Origin: Eutreptiella sp. 'Long Island Sound 2002'
Taxonomy: Eukaryota; Protista; Euglenida
Length of the DNA: 64,000 nt
Assembly (NCBI GenBank): GCA_964036045.1
Contig: OZ038378.1
Coordinates: 1,984,001-2,048,000 of the forward strand
Reading direction: 5' to 3'
Under the pieces are notes generated by a model. The model made no database searches, was not told the origin of the DNA, and saw only the letters and a program-made list of their open reading frames with translations. Made by a program: the position numbers and the translations under genes. Positions within the stretch are counted from its first letter, which is position 1. Every line of letters begins with the position of its first letter. This document shows, one piece after another, positions 35,975-49,064 of the stretch.

Positions 35975-38813
35975 TTATTGCCGAGTGGCGATCACAACTA
36001 TTGTCCACATACGCGGCGTCTCCAATCGGTCAAGGTACACAACCCCTGAACCGCCTTGCTCGACGTCCTGCGCAATGAGAAGGGCGGCCGGGGTCTGGGT
36101 GTGCTGCTGGCCCTCCCACCTTTCCCTCGGGAGCATCATGGCGTGGGGGGCCAGGCACTGTGCCACATCGGCAACCAGCGCGATCGTGTCGTCGCTCACC
36201 TCCGCCGTGTGGTCCGCGGCCACCAGGAAGTGATGCCATGGCCCGGGCTTGTCACCGCTTGCATACAAACCCTCCAGGGCGCCTCGCATCTCGGCCGGCG
36301 GTGGAGAGGCGTCTCCGCAATCCCGAAGCCAGGGAAGTGCACCCGGGAGATGCTGTCCCGCTCCCCCTGACCAGATGGTGGCTCGCAGGGTCGGCAGGTC
36401 ACGCCAGATAACCCGGGCGATTGGGTCTCGCCAGGGTTGAGGCCTTTGGGCCCCCCAGTGAAGGATGGCCACCACCACGTGTGTGGTCAGGTGCTCGCCG
36501 TGAGCTGCAACGCTACCCTCTCATCTGTTTTGACCACCGTGCCCCGCAGGGCCGTGAAGATGTGCCCCCCGAATCCTCGGACGGTCACCCACCCCCACAG
36601 GACCGCCACAGCTTCCCAGCTAGGATTGGGGCCGGACTTCTTGGGCAAGACCACCACTGGCGGGCACGGGCTATTGGCGGCCCACACGCGCCATTCCACC
36701 CCCACCACACGTTCGTGGACAGGGGGGCGGAAGGTCTTGTGCCACGCGTTGGGGAGCTCGCAGCGACGGAGCTGGACGGCGGTGGACGGCGGTCCACACG
36801 TCAGCTCCATCACCGCGCGTGAACAGGAGCCCCTCAAGGATGTCCCGCGCCACGGGATTGGGGATGCGGACGGAACGAACCTCCGTCCTCTGTCCTAGTT
36901 GGAGCCCCGGCCCATCCTCATCCTGCAGCAGATGGACCTCCGGGTCCATGACTGCAAGCCTGGCCGCCATCGTCGGAAGGTGCAGGGAGACAGTCCACGG
37001 CTGGGCGGCGACAGAGTCGCGCGGCAGGTCCGGGCAAACGGCCAAAGCACTACCATCCCTGGCCGAGCTCAGCGCCTTGTCCCACCATTGCATCCAGGCT
37101 ACGCGCGTCGTCGGCAGCGACCAGGACAGGTAGGTCACGACTGCCCGAGCCTGCCACCCGTGCGGGTCCATACCGGCAGGATGTGTGTGGCATGTGCACA
37201 CCCACCTCAGGGACGCCCCTTCGAGGGTGACCATGTCCCTCCACGGGACCACCGGGAACGGGGTGAGCAAGACCGCCATGCCACACGGCAGCGCCACTGC
37301 CCACACGGTCCTGCTCCCGTGAGCGACCGCGTACCCCACCGCCGGGGGCCCCCACCCTGCTCCTTCTCCACCACTTTACGCATTAGCGTCTCGTGGTGCT
37401 TGGAACGGTGAAGGCTTGGGGCCCCCAGGCGGGCGATGGCCTGGAGGATCAAGAGCAGATTCTGGGGTACTCCCTGCGGCACCGGTGGTTGAGGGTGTCC
37501 TAAGCGGCATGCATCCGCCCGCATGCACCACCCCTTGGCCCAGTGCCTGCAGGTTTCCAGCTCCCCCGTCTTGGGCCTAGCTCTGTCCGCCACCTCCGTC
37601 TCCCGGTGCTCCACCTCGTGCGCCTCCCTCGCCCCCACCATGTCGAATCCTTCACCCTCCTCATCAGCTTCCCCCACTTTGCTACGCTCCCGGCTTTGGT
37701 CGTCTTCTTCCATCGCTTCAGCAGTCGCCGGGCCGGCCGCCGCCATGATCGTCGCAAGGGCCGCCTCCACGTGGGCCTTGACGTCCACCTCATCGCCCTC
37801 GGACCGGCCCGGGTCCGGACCCCGTTCCTCTTGTCGCCCCTCCGTTGTGGGCCCCTCAGCATCATCTCCCGCGGTCCCACCCTCATGGCCCGCCGATGCG
37901 CCCGCCGCTCCGTCTCCTCCACCTCGACCGCGCATTGTTCGGGTCCTCGGTGGCCCGTGTCCGCTTCCTGGCGCGTGCCCACCACCACCAGCACCCTGGG
38001 GTCGCCACCGCGGTTCACGAGGCGGTAGCTGATGGAGGTTGGGACGAGAACCGCACCGTTAACGGCGAGTGACAGGTGGTTCGTACCGTCCTCCCCGAAC
38101 ATGGCCTCCATGCCCTCGGGGTGCATCGCCACCACGACGGCATGGGACCCCGGCGCCTCGGGCGTGAGGGGCCTGATGCCGTGCTCGAGGCGCCAGGAGT
38201 GAGCGCCGCTCCTCCACGGGGCCATGTACAGGCCGCCCCGACGCACATCCTCCAGCCCCGCCTTGTTGAGCTGGCGCCCTACCGATAGGCGCACCGATAG
38301 GAGGACGTGTTCTGGCGGCTCAGACGCCCGGACCTCACCTCGGTGGTGATCGAGGACCGCTGCGTCCCCCAGCTGGACACAGTCGACCCGGTCACCTCCC
38401 GGGGGCACGGCTTCCAGGCTCTTCTCCCGGGCGACCCTTCCTGGAGGCTAGAACTCGTAGCGCCCCATGGCGCCCACCAGCAACGTCGCCTCTCGCCGCC
38501 CATCGCTCATGAGGCGGTGCTGGTGGATATCCTCGGCCGCATGGAACCTGCAGTGCCGCTGCTCACAGCTCCGCAAGGGAGGGGGCGGCACCGCGGTGGT
38601 CATGGGCAGCAGCGGCACATGTGCCTGGTCCACGTCCATGCCGACGTAGACGTCGGGCTCGGCATCGTCCTCGTACATGACGGCCAGCGCCAATTCGCCG
38701 GGCCCGTACTCCACCTTCTCCTGCACGTCCTCCATAGCCACGGCCTGTGCCCCTTCCTCTTCCCCCTTAGCCGCTAGAGCCGGCGGCGACTCCGGCTGCA
38801 GGCAGAAGGGCAT
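35975..38813 (-). mobile_element. GC-rich, frameshifted long ORF with CCCH zinc finger, probable retroelement relic
   Basis: Overlapping ORFs 38448-38813, 37500-38408 (same frame across a TAG), 37207-37935, 36671-37339, 36487-36837 and 35975-36478. CRHWAKGWCMRADACRLGH is C-x7-C-x5-C-x3-H. The last stop lies inside AATAAA. No RT motif in this piece. Confidence 0.6.
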
Positions 38814-41800
38814 ATGTATACATATACATGGGTGTTTTCACGGGGAGGGGGGGTGCGAACCCCGAACCCCCTAATTCCACCCACTAATTTTTGGCGGACG
38901 GATTTTTCGGGAATACAAAGGTGATGAGGGTAACCCCCACTATTTTGAGGGTACCCAAATCATTTCTGAAGTTTTCAGCTCATGGTTTGACGATATGTTT
39001 GAAAAAAATCTGGATTTTGTTGAAATTCTGGCCATTTTCGGCTGCTGCTGCCAGGCTTGTGATAGGGGCCAAAATTGCAATATCCGCGTCACCGGCACCG
39101 CTTCTTCTAGGTTTTTGGTCGGTCAGGCACCCCCCCCCCCCCTATTTTGTTGGTGGGGAATCCATTTTTGAAGGTTTTTGGGGTGTGGTTTGATGGTATG
39201 TTGCGGCCATTTTCGTTGTTTTGTGCTCATGGAATGCTCTCGGTGCCTGGTGATTGACACAACATTTTTGGCGTTCAAGGGTGTGCGGGGCTGTTTTTGG
39301 CGCCGTGGCATTGGGCCCATCTGGTCACTTTAATCAGACGGTGTGTGAAGGTTGTGCTGGATATCGCAGGGTTTGGTGGAGATGATGGCTAGTCCCTTGG
39401 CGGGCTTCGTTATGTTGTGGGATGTAGAGAGGCCAGAGACAACGTGTAGCTTGCAAGCATCAGACAAATGGTGGTTGCAGAGGAAGCACAAGCTTGTTGC
39501 AGTAGAGAATAAGGATGCCAGTGTGCCCAAATGTTGCTCCGGTGCGAGCTAATTCTTATCATTGCAACTACTATGTTCATACATTTGGATTCACTCCTAA
39601 GCGGGCCATTGGTCACATTCTTTAGTGATTGGGATTCATGTAAACCATCTGGTGGTCATGTGGGGATCCTTGGCTGTTGCTTTTAGCCCTTAGGTTTGTC
39701 TGATTACACCCTAGGATCCATTGCTGTGGGGGCTGAATGTTTCTTTGAGGTCTTGGTAACCATAATCATAGTTGAGGGTTGGACTAATTGGTGAGTTTCT
39801 GAGAAGCCGGGGACGGGGCACCGCGAAAGGTGTGGAGAGCAGGTTGCTGGTGAGGTTTCTGCTGCGTTTGAGATTGTTGCCCGTGAGGCTGGAATGGCGT
39901 GAAGGAGCAGGTGCACTTCAGATCTCACCACTCCATGATAGCCAAGATGCGGTGGTAGGTAATGGTTTATGGATCACACATCGCAAGGCGCAGGGAACAT
40001 GGCGGTGATTGCAAGTCCAACAACAGGAAAAACCTCAATATGTATGATATCCAACTTAAAGCACCGCCTCCAAAACCCGCACCTGGAGGAACAACAAAAC
40101 CCCCAACATGGCAGGCTTGTCAAAAGAAAAGCAATCGGCTTGTCCTTGCCATTGGGCATCAACATGCGACCATGTTGGATTCTCAAAGGGGGCAGGAGCA
40201 ATGTGTCAGTGTACAAATTCCGTAAAACGCCAGAAAAAAGACCAAGGCAGGGCACTACGTACGGTGATAGGGATGAATGCAAACGGCGAGTAAATCAATA
40301 AAGGCGGCAACACGCGCCCGCTCCTTGCATGTGAAAAGTCTCTCTACTACACAAACAAAAAACCTTGTGCAACAAGCTGCACAAACTTGTGAACCAATAA
40401 CGGACATCAAGAACCAACAGCAAAACATGACGGAATGCAATCACATGAAAATTTACAAAGGGATGGGGGTACCACAACAGATGGGTAGAACAGGGTCTTG
40501 CATCCGGAATCCGCTATTTGGGAAGGAATGAAATAATGTACAGTTGCTGGAACCCGCAAAAAAACCTGCAACACGCCCTTGTTGCATCCACCAAAAAAAC
40601 CACTATACTTGAGCCAGAAAATTGCCTCTGCCACAACAAGCACAGATGAGGCGCCTAGCACTGGACATGCAAAAGTCGAGGAGAAAAACGTGCCGGGAAG
40701 GAGAAGTCGGTCGCACAAGCTCATGCACCAAGAACGGGGCAGAGAACCGCGTCAATCCTGAAAGGTAAAGATTCCACATTTGCCCCAACCTTGCATCGTG
40801 CTCTCCAAGGAATCGTTTTTTCTTGAACTTGCTAACCACTGTCTCGTCAAGGCTGATTCATTGTCCCAAAAAACGGAGCGTTAGTATCCTCATTGCTTTT
40901 TGGCCCAGTCAATGTGCTGCTGGCTAAGCCACACATCTTGCTCCCTCATAGCGGCCCTTTCAAGTGCCAATTGGAAAGCCCTGGGCGATTGCTTTAGATT
41001 TGTTTCGGGCTGCTTAAGGTGCGCAACCCGCTGGCGAGGCCACACCTTCTTCCTCTCCTTAGCCTTCTCTCGCTTTGGCAGCCCAGCCTGCTCTTTGGCT
41101 TTCTTGGCCGCAGAGGCAAATCAAGAAATCGGCGAAGAAATTATGCCAATAGCGGAAGAGCTGCGCAGATAACGACACATTGCCTTACCACATACCTTCC
41201 TTTTTGCTCACCATGGCAAGCTTCTTGAATTTGGTGCCATCTTTCTTGACCATTCTTGAGAGGGTGTTTTGAAACTAAATGAGGGTGGTTCGATGAAACG
41301 TCATGTTGTGCAGAACAAACTTGCTATGACGGGCCTAGAAAATTGTTGTACACATACCAGAGTCACGCGATTCATGGTTGTCACCAGCTTCTTCACTTGC
41401 ACCATGGGGCCTGGCCGGATTGTTTGTGGAACCTAAAGAGTGATGCATCCTCTAAAAGGACCTAGGACCAAGGCATCACAAATGCTGTGATGCCACTACT
41501 TCAATGACGCAGGCAAATACTTCAAGCAAATGAGTACCATTTGTCGACACCATGTTTCATCATACCCCGCCGATGTGTCTTCAACTTTTTCCTGCTGGGC
41601 AACCATTCTGCATTGTGCTCTGCCTTCTTTCTTTTCCTTCCACTCTTCTTCATCGCCATCCGCGCCGGCTCCGCCCGCGGCTCCCGCGCCGCGGGGGCGG
41701 GGTCGTGCGGGGAGCCGCCGTGTGCGGGGGCTTGGCGGCGGGGGAGCTGGGGGGGCTGGGGGGGGACTAGGGCCCCCAAAGCGAGGTCGATGTTGTAGAT

Positions 41801-42461
41801 GGGCACGGGGTGGTGGTGGTGGGCCACCCATACACCTCCAGCACCACGGGGAGGGTCTCGCCCCCCAGGGGGTCGGGGACCGCGTCCTAGTCCCGCACCC
41901 ATTCGTCCCGGGCCTCGGCGGGGCGCGGGGCCCCCACTGCCCCCCGTGCCGGGTCTGCCCTTGGCTCGTGCGCCACCGGGGCGGCGGCCATCCGCGCCGG
42001 TTGCGCGCTGGGATTCCGTGCTTCCTCCCCACATGATGACGGAACCAGGCACACATTATTCCCACCTAAGTTCAGTCCAGTCCAAGAAAAATTCGCATCA
42101 TGCAGGTACCGACACTATTCTGGATGCCCAACACAAGACCGAACCGAATGGTGATTATGTGGACTGGTGTTTGGCGTCAACACAACAGTAGCGGATACCT
42201 TTCACGGCACTTGTGCTTCTGTTGGATTGCAGCCTAGATGCTAAATTCCATTGCTCATACGCAAGGTCGTCCTCATTATCTGGCAAAGGAGACACGTTGA
42301 GGACATGAATGGTTCAGATTGCAATCATCCACAAGAGTGGCCAACAGCGGACGCTTAGACTCTCTGTTACAAACGGCAAAGTGCATCGGCGACCCCATCA
42401 CAATCTCCAGCACCACCTCGGGGATCTACCCCATCCGCCTCTGTTGGGGCAAGGTGTGCAA

Positions 42462-43420
42462 TGATGAAACTCGAACTGTTGCAAAGTGTAACTTCACTGA
42501 TGTCCTATGGTGTGAACCATATTTTCTGCCTCTCGTGAGTGGGACTCCCAATCAAGAGGACAACGTGGACAACATGCGCACCAGGTTTGTCTTCTCAAAG
42601 GTTGGCTCCGATCATTAGGCTCTCTTATTCAAATATTCTAAACCTAGCTAAACGATAGAGAAAACTTCACTCAATCCATCGGTAGCACCCTAGCCTAACC
42701 CTAACCGTCACCTAAAGAAATTCAACCTGCAACATGCTACCTCCACTAATTTCATCTTCATCCTCCGCAAATGAGATTGCTCCGTCACCGCTTCCTGCAT
42801 GGGGGAGCTTCCATGCGCCCTGCCCTGCTGGGTCACCTATAATACTGGATAGCAAAAAGAAAATGAAACTCGAGCTGTTGCAAAGGGTAACTTTACTGAT
42901 GTCCTACGGTGTCAACCATATTGTGCTCCATTCGTGATTGCGACTCCCAATCAAGAGGACAACGTGGACAACATGCGCACCAGGTTTCTCTTCTCAAAGG
43001 TTGGCTTGGATCATTAGGCTCTCTTATTCAAATATTCAAAACCTAGCTGAAGGACAGAGAAAACTTCACTCAATCCATCCAAGCACCCTAGCCTAACCCT
43101 AACCTTAACCTACAGAAATACAATCTGCAACATGCTACCTTCACCAATTGCATCTTCATCCTTGACAAATGGGATTGCTCTGTCACCCCTGACTGCATGG
43201 GGGAGCTTCAATGCCCGCTGCACTGCTGGGTCACCTATAATACCGGACAGCAAAAAGAGAATGAAACTCGAACTGTTGCAAAGTGTAACTTTACTGATGT
43301 CCTATGTTTTCAACCATACTTTCTTCCTCTCGTGAGTGGGACTCCCAATCAAGAGGACAACGTGGACAACATGCGCACGAGGGTTCTGTTCTCAAAGGTT
43401 GGCTCGGATCATTAGGCTCT
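42462..43420. repeat. About 398-bp tandem repeat, about 2.4 copies, with CCCTAA-like tract
   Basis: atgaaactcga(a/g)ctgttgcaaag at 42464, 42863 and 43261. Each full unit has ccctagcctaaccctaacc. Confidence 0.92.
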
Positions 43421-43552
43421 CTAGTCGCCACTAATCTTAGGCCCCCGATGTCGATTTTTCTCGCATGGTAGCATTTTTCTGTGACCCTATGTCAGCCCCA
43501 TGTCAGCCCTACGTCAGAGTGACCTTCCACCCTTAGTTCTCTTCTACCTCAC

Positions 43553-44040
43553 AATGTACGCCAACGAAACCATTATTTATGGTTCTACGGAGACCTTGTA
43601 TTACGGTGAACCTTCACAAGACATGTACTATGGGCAACATGCGGGTGAGGACACTCAAACACATGGCCATGAGCATGTGGATGACAACTATGGGCAACAT
43701 GCGGGTGAGGATACTCACACACATGGCCATGAGCATGTGGATGACCACTAAGGGCAACATGCCGCTGAGGATACTCAAGCACATGGCCATGAGCATGTGG
43801 ATGACCAACAACATCCCTAGTACATCGATGATCATCATCATGACTATGATGAGTACTATCCCACCACCAACAATGAAAGTCATTATGACTATCAACAAAA
43901 CCAACACAAGGCCGCACCACCCACACACGCGGATGCCCCTCAAGGGACAATCGGGCTAAATGATGATCAACCCCAACCCAATTATTCCTATGTCCGGTCT
44001 CCGAGTTGCCTTCGCATGGCAGGTGGTAAATCGGTGACGT
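43553..44040 (+). pseudogene. His/Asp-rich peptide with 20-aa (60-bp) repeats
   Basis: YGQHAGEDTQTHGHEHVDD x3 (43624-43806). The third copy has TAT changed to TAA, then a TAG, and the frame continues as DDHHHDYDEYY. Confidence 0.5.
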
Positions 44041-46399
44041 CACCGTAGAAGGCGTCAAGCCACTCACGTTCCGTAGGCGGGCATTTGTACACCCAGCACA
44101 TACCACACTCGTCGTTCGACGGATCGTAGTTGTCATCGGTGTGATGTGGTGGCACGCTTGTAATAGCTCGAAAGAGGTGCTACCATGGCCACATTTAATG
44201 TATCTATTTTTTCCCGTGAGGAAAAATATATATATACACTCCGGGGAGCATAACTCTTCGTGAACTAGGGGTTGTAGGCTTGTCCTCCCCCAAGTACCCC
44301 CACCATAAGTTGGGTGAGTGCAATTTTTTTTTCAACATCTCGACCCTACTGTCCGGCTTGATGGTGTGGGGATGGCGACCTCACACTATCTTTCTTAGGA
44401 CACTACCACCCCCATCAAGGTGGAGCACCCCATTGGTTGCCAAGTCTCCGCCGTACACCTCGGAAGCCGGGCAGTCTGCTTCTTTTTTCCTACTCGCACA
44501 CTCGGTGTATTTTTCAAGCAAAATGTTCTCCCAATTCTTGGGATAACATTTTGACCCGAGGAGGGGGGTGTACCGGACATCAGGTGGTCCATAAATTGTC
44601 TTTTTGTACAAGGTATGGTAAGTATAGTGCTGAATTGTATGCGAGATCGAGCTTCCGATGAAGATCGATCTCGATCGCAGGCGACATGAATCGCGATGTC
44701 GTAATTTTGAGGTTTGGTCGCTTATCAATCTCAAAATTACAAATTTTCTAAGAACTTTACATTTTCTATTCAAATCCTCCATTTTTCAATCAAGAGGCTG
44801 CCCGGGGATACCGCATTTTGCGATTCACAAAATTCAGCAGGAGCGACGAGAAAAGCCAAAGGAAAGGTGAGGCGCACCAAAACGCGCCCAGGAGGCCGGC
44901 CCGCCCCACCCGGCCAAGAAGGGCGAGCACACGCACCGACGTAGGGGACCCGGGCATGGGGTCCTCCGACCCGAAAGGGGAGTTGTCGGCGTCCAAACGA
45001 AACAGCCCCGATGCACCGGAGGGTATGGTGTTCCGTTGGCAGGGGTATGTTGTACCTTTTCGGAAAGCCACCGAAAAGGGCTTTTCAGAGATGTATGGGT
45101 TGGGTTGGGGGGGTAGGGAACCATATTTTTGCGAATTTTGGCCGTTACTGTAGACGATTTGGGATTTTTCTAACCTCGTTTGGTCTGGTAGCAGATTGGC
45201 TACACAGTTTCACAGGTGTGTTGACTGCAATGGTTTGGTGGGTCAATTGGTGTCAATTATTTCGGGTTTTCATGGCTTTTTCATGCACACATGGGGCAAA
45301 TGCATCAATGTGAGGGCACCAACACTCTTGTTGAACCATTCTACTTGGCCTTCACGGCCAATTCCTCCCACTTGCCGCTCCACGAGGCATTGGGGCAAAT
45401 TTTCGAATCGAATTCGCCGCGTCCTTTTCCTCCTTGTTATAGAGGAAAGAAAGTTGTGGAACATCCACGCGGCCTCTCTTTTGGGGGGTGCCCGGAGAAC
45501 TGGAGAAAAATGGCGACGGAGTGAATTGGGAAGGCGATGCAGAGCGGGCGCGCTTAGGGGTGGCAGAGGTGCCCTGTGATATGACTGCAACAGAAAAACT
45601 GTGGACAGGGGAGACATGAATTCTGCAAGCTGCACGTCCCCTCCATCACAAGGCACCCTCGAACCGTCAAAAATGAATTCCCCGAACTCAAAAAGGGGGG
45701 GAGGTGAACTATGATGACCCTGCACAAGATCTAACCTTGGGAAGACCCCTTTTTGCTCTCTCTCGATTTATTTTCCTTTTTTGAAAATTAAAAAGACAAC
45801 CTACCTCCCTAGCACAAGACCCATATCCCAAAGCACTAACACTACGAGGGTGGTGGTTGCTTTCCTTCTCACACACACAAGAGTAGAATAACTACAAGTA
45901 AATACAATACAAAAAGCCGGTTCCCTAGTCTAAGACACGGAAACACAAACAGAGAAATGAGAGTGGCGGAATGGAGCGTGAGAGCACATGAATATGCATG
46001 TGTGTAAGGAGCGTGTGGGCGCACCTCCTACACTACATGTTGGTGTGAACTCCATGCATCCGATCTCAATATTTCATTCCTTCATATACCTACAATTATG
46101 CATGAATGAACACGTCCATGACATGAATCGGAATGAGAAGAAGCATTGGAACCCGAGAAGCATTGGAACCCATTATTGAAGATTCATTGTTCATTCGTAC
46201 CTATATGCACTCATGCTTTATCTTGACCTACATGCATGCATTCCTACTTCCTACATATATATCACACCCATGCCATGTCATGCTTTGGCTATGAGTGCTT
46301 ACCTTCCTGCCTTGGTTACAAAAATTCAGTGAAGCTTGAATTACCAAATTTACCAAATGGATGTGTGCAACCATGCAAGACAAGTGTAAACATAACCAT

Positions 46400-47180
46400 T
46401 TTGACATTACAATAGCTTTGTTTGCTCGGCCCCCTCCGGGCTGGGGTTGCCCTATTTTTTTTTACCTTCCCCTTTCTTCCTCTCTGTTTTTTCCCCGCTT
46501 TTCTGTGCCTCCGGTGTCTCCGGCTTTCTGTGGTTTCCGGCCCTGGGTGCCCTAGGCCTTGGCGCCGTGTGGTCGCCACCCCCCCCCCCCCCCATTTCCC
46601 TTTGCTTTTTTTCCCCTTTGTTTTTTCTTCCCTTTTTTTTTTCCGCGCCCCCGGCGTTTGCGGCTTTCCGTGGTTTCCGGCCCGGGTGCCCTCCGCCTTG
46701 GCGCCGTTGGTTTGACCCCCGCCCCCCCCTTTTTTTTTGTTTGTTTGTTTTTGTTTGGTTTTCCCTTGTTTTTCCGCCCCCCCGTCCTCTCCGGCTTTCT
46801 TTGGTTTCCTGCTGCCCCCCCCCCCCCCCCTGGTTTGTGTGTTGTGGGTGTCGTCGCCTTGCCACTTGTTTCCCCTCGTTCTCTCCCCGCTTTTTTGTTT
46901 TTGCGCGCCGGTTGGCCGTTCATTGCTCGTTGTCGCCGCCTGCTGCCCCCCCCCCCCCCGTGGTTTGTGTTTCGTGGGTCTCGTCGCCCTGCCGCTCGTT
47001 CTCCCATGCTCCCTCTCTGCTTTTTTTGTTTCTGCGCGCCCATTGGCCGTTCGTCGGCGGTTGTCGCTGCCTGCTGCTGCCCGCCTCCCCGCGCCCCGCT
47101 CGGTTGGTCTTTCGCGGGTGTCCTCGCGCTGCCGCTCGTTTTCTCTTCCTCTCTCCCAGTATCCGTTGCCTCATGGGCCC
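46400..47180. repeat. Pyrimidine-rich interspersed repeat with internal subrepeats and poly-C
   Basis: Recurring ccggctttc(c/t)gtggtttcc, ccccccccc and ttttttgttt modules. CpG-rich. Confidence 0.75.
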
Positions 47181-47951
47181 CGGCAATGCTTGGGCAAACC
47201 CACCTAAAACAAACGCCGCCTGCCGGTATATATAACTATGTATACACACATTTTCTAATCCAAACACCAAACCAACCATGCAAACGGTGGGAAAACACCA
47301 CTTGTGGTCACAAGGCCCAAGCAACCAATAACAAAACTCTACACTACTTTTTTCTGAGTTTTGCACATTGGTTGAGCTGTTGAGTGACACCGTCCTTTTC
47401 TTAAATTTACACTTTTTGAAGCAAATTTACGCCACTTTTGGGAACATTTACACCAATTTACACAAGGTGGGTGCCGGCTGCCAAAAGCACTGTAAACACC
47501 CGTAAATCCCCGGCTTGAACAACCCACTCTGCGCATGGAGTGCCGCCTGTGATGTCGGGGGGTTACAGACTGAGCGCCGCGGTCTTGCTAGCCACGTCAC
47601 TAATGCATCCGAGGCCAAATGGGTCCTTGCATCCGGGCAGGGTTTCTGTGATGACCTGAAAGCTTTCGCGATGGCTGGCCCAACTGGCACTAAGCACGCG
47701 CATGAGGATAGCCTTCGTGCACACTAAATACGTGCCTGCTCCTCAAACCCTGTTTATCAGCATACCTCCTCATGCCTCCGTTCGGATGTTTTACTGAGAT
47801 CACAGAGACCAGGCCCGGATGCAGGGACACACCGTTGAAACACACCGGATACACCATTCAAACATGCCGTGAACATGGTCCATCATGCGCAAGACGGCCT
47901 TGCTCCTGCCAACCTGCTCCTCAAACCTGCATCCGGGCCTCGTTTCTGTGC

Positions 47952-49064
47952 TCACCAACCACCCAACTGTGTCACAATGTTATATACATACCAAAAGTCA
48001 AGTCTCTTGCCACACACGGTACCACACAGGACCGGTGGCGTATTGAAGGTGCCAACCCACCATGCTACATAAAAAGATTTAAATTCCTCCCTGAAAAAGC
48101 AACAGGCCAACTGAGTATTCCATGTATTATCTTTACACGTGAAGGGTGCAGCAGGCGGCGGGTTTGCAACACCTGATTCCGTTGTCACCCATTGACAACA
48201 GTCGTCACACTTTATCCACCCGACCACCGATCCTGGGGGTGTGCCCACATGTTCAACCTTCCGTAAACCGGGGCGAGAGTTCCTGTGCACTGGGATACCC
48301 CAAAGGGACACCCGATCTCTTCTCGCCATCGAGCGGGTAATGCGTGGCGCTACCTCATCCGAGTCGTCAAAGTCATCAGAGTTGGCCACCACAGCTGATT
48401 TTCTTGCCTCTGTGTGTGGCAGTACTTCCTCTGCATGCAAGTCAGTCGCAGAGTCATCCACCTCGCCATGACGCGCATTGAAAGATTCACCTGAATGCCA
48501 ACAACAGTCATATGAGTCAGCCATCGTGGGCAGCGAATAACTGTTTACACAACACGACCTGCACACCCCTGATGTGTACACATACCTTTGATAATGGGCT
48601 GGTTACATCTCACACAGTGCATCCTTGTGAAAATGTTCTCGTAATTGCACACCCCGCAGGGCAAGAACTTGTTTACCGCAACAGAGTGCGGTAACTTGTC
48701 TACCGGAACAGGGTGTGGTAACTGGAAGGATGGGTGCAGACCCCTCCATCGAACCGTTGTCCCAAGAATCCTGATCATCTCCTGTAACACAACAAAGACA
48801 CAAGGGTGACAGTTAACTACCACACCAACAAAAACAGTACAACACACACGAAGCACACTGTGAGACCTGCATTGTCAAGAAGCTTTCCACTGTCACACCA
48901 GACTCGTAGAGAGCGGCGAAGGGCGTATAAGCCTGAACCGTCTGATGGTCCACACTGATCTCCTCCAACTGACGACGCAGATCCAATACACGCGATTCGG
49001 GGTGCCGCGATACTTGAAGGGTGATATCGTGCATGCTCACGCTATACAAATCGAAGCAAAACAT
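47952..49064 (-). pseudogene. Ubiquitin-like domain + RanBP2/NZF zinc finger + CW zinc finger, with an 85-bp intron
   Basis: Exon 1 (49064-48867) DITLQVSRHPESRVLDLRRQLEEIS...FLTMQ splices via GTCTCA...TTACAG (48866-48782, phase 0) to EMIRILGTTVRWRG and CGVCNYENIFTRMHCVRCNQP. After a frameshift comes WIKCDDCCQWV...FTCKDNTWNTQLAC (zf-CW). Confidence 0.7.

Noticed and set aside
43085-43110. True telomere
   Set aside because: Only 3-4 imperfect CCCTAA units, internal to a tandem repeat.
46447-47390. Several 150-270-aa ORFs on both strands
   Set aside because: Low-complexity repeat lacking stop codons, with no domain signal.
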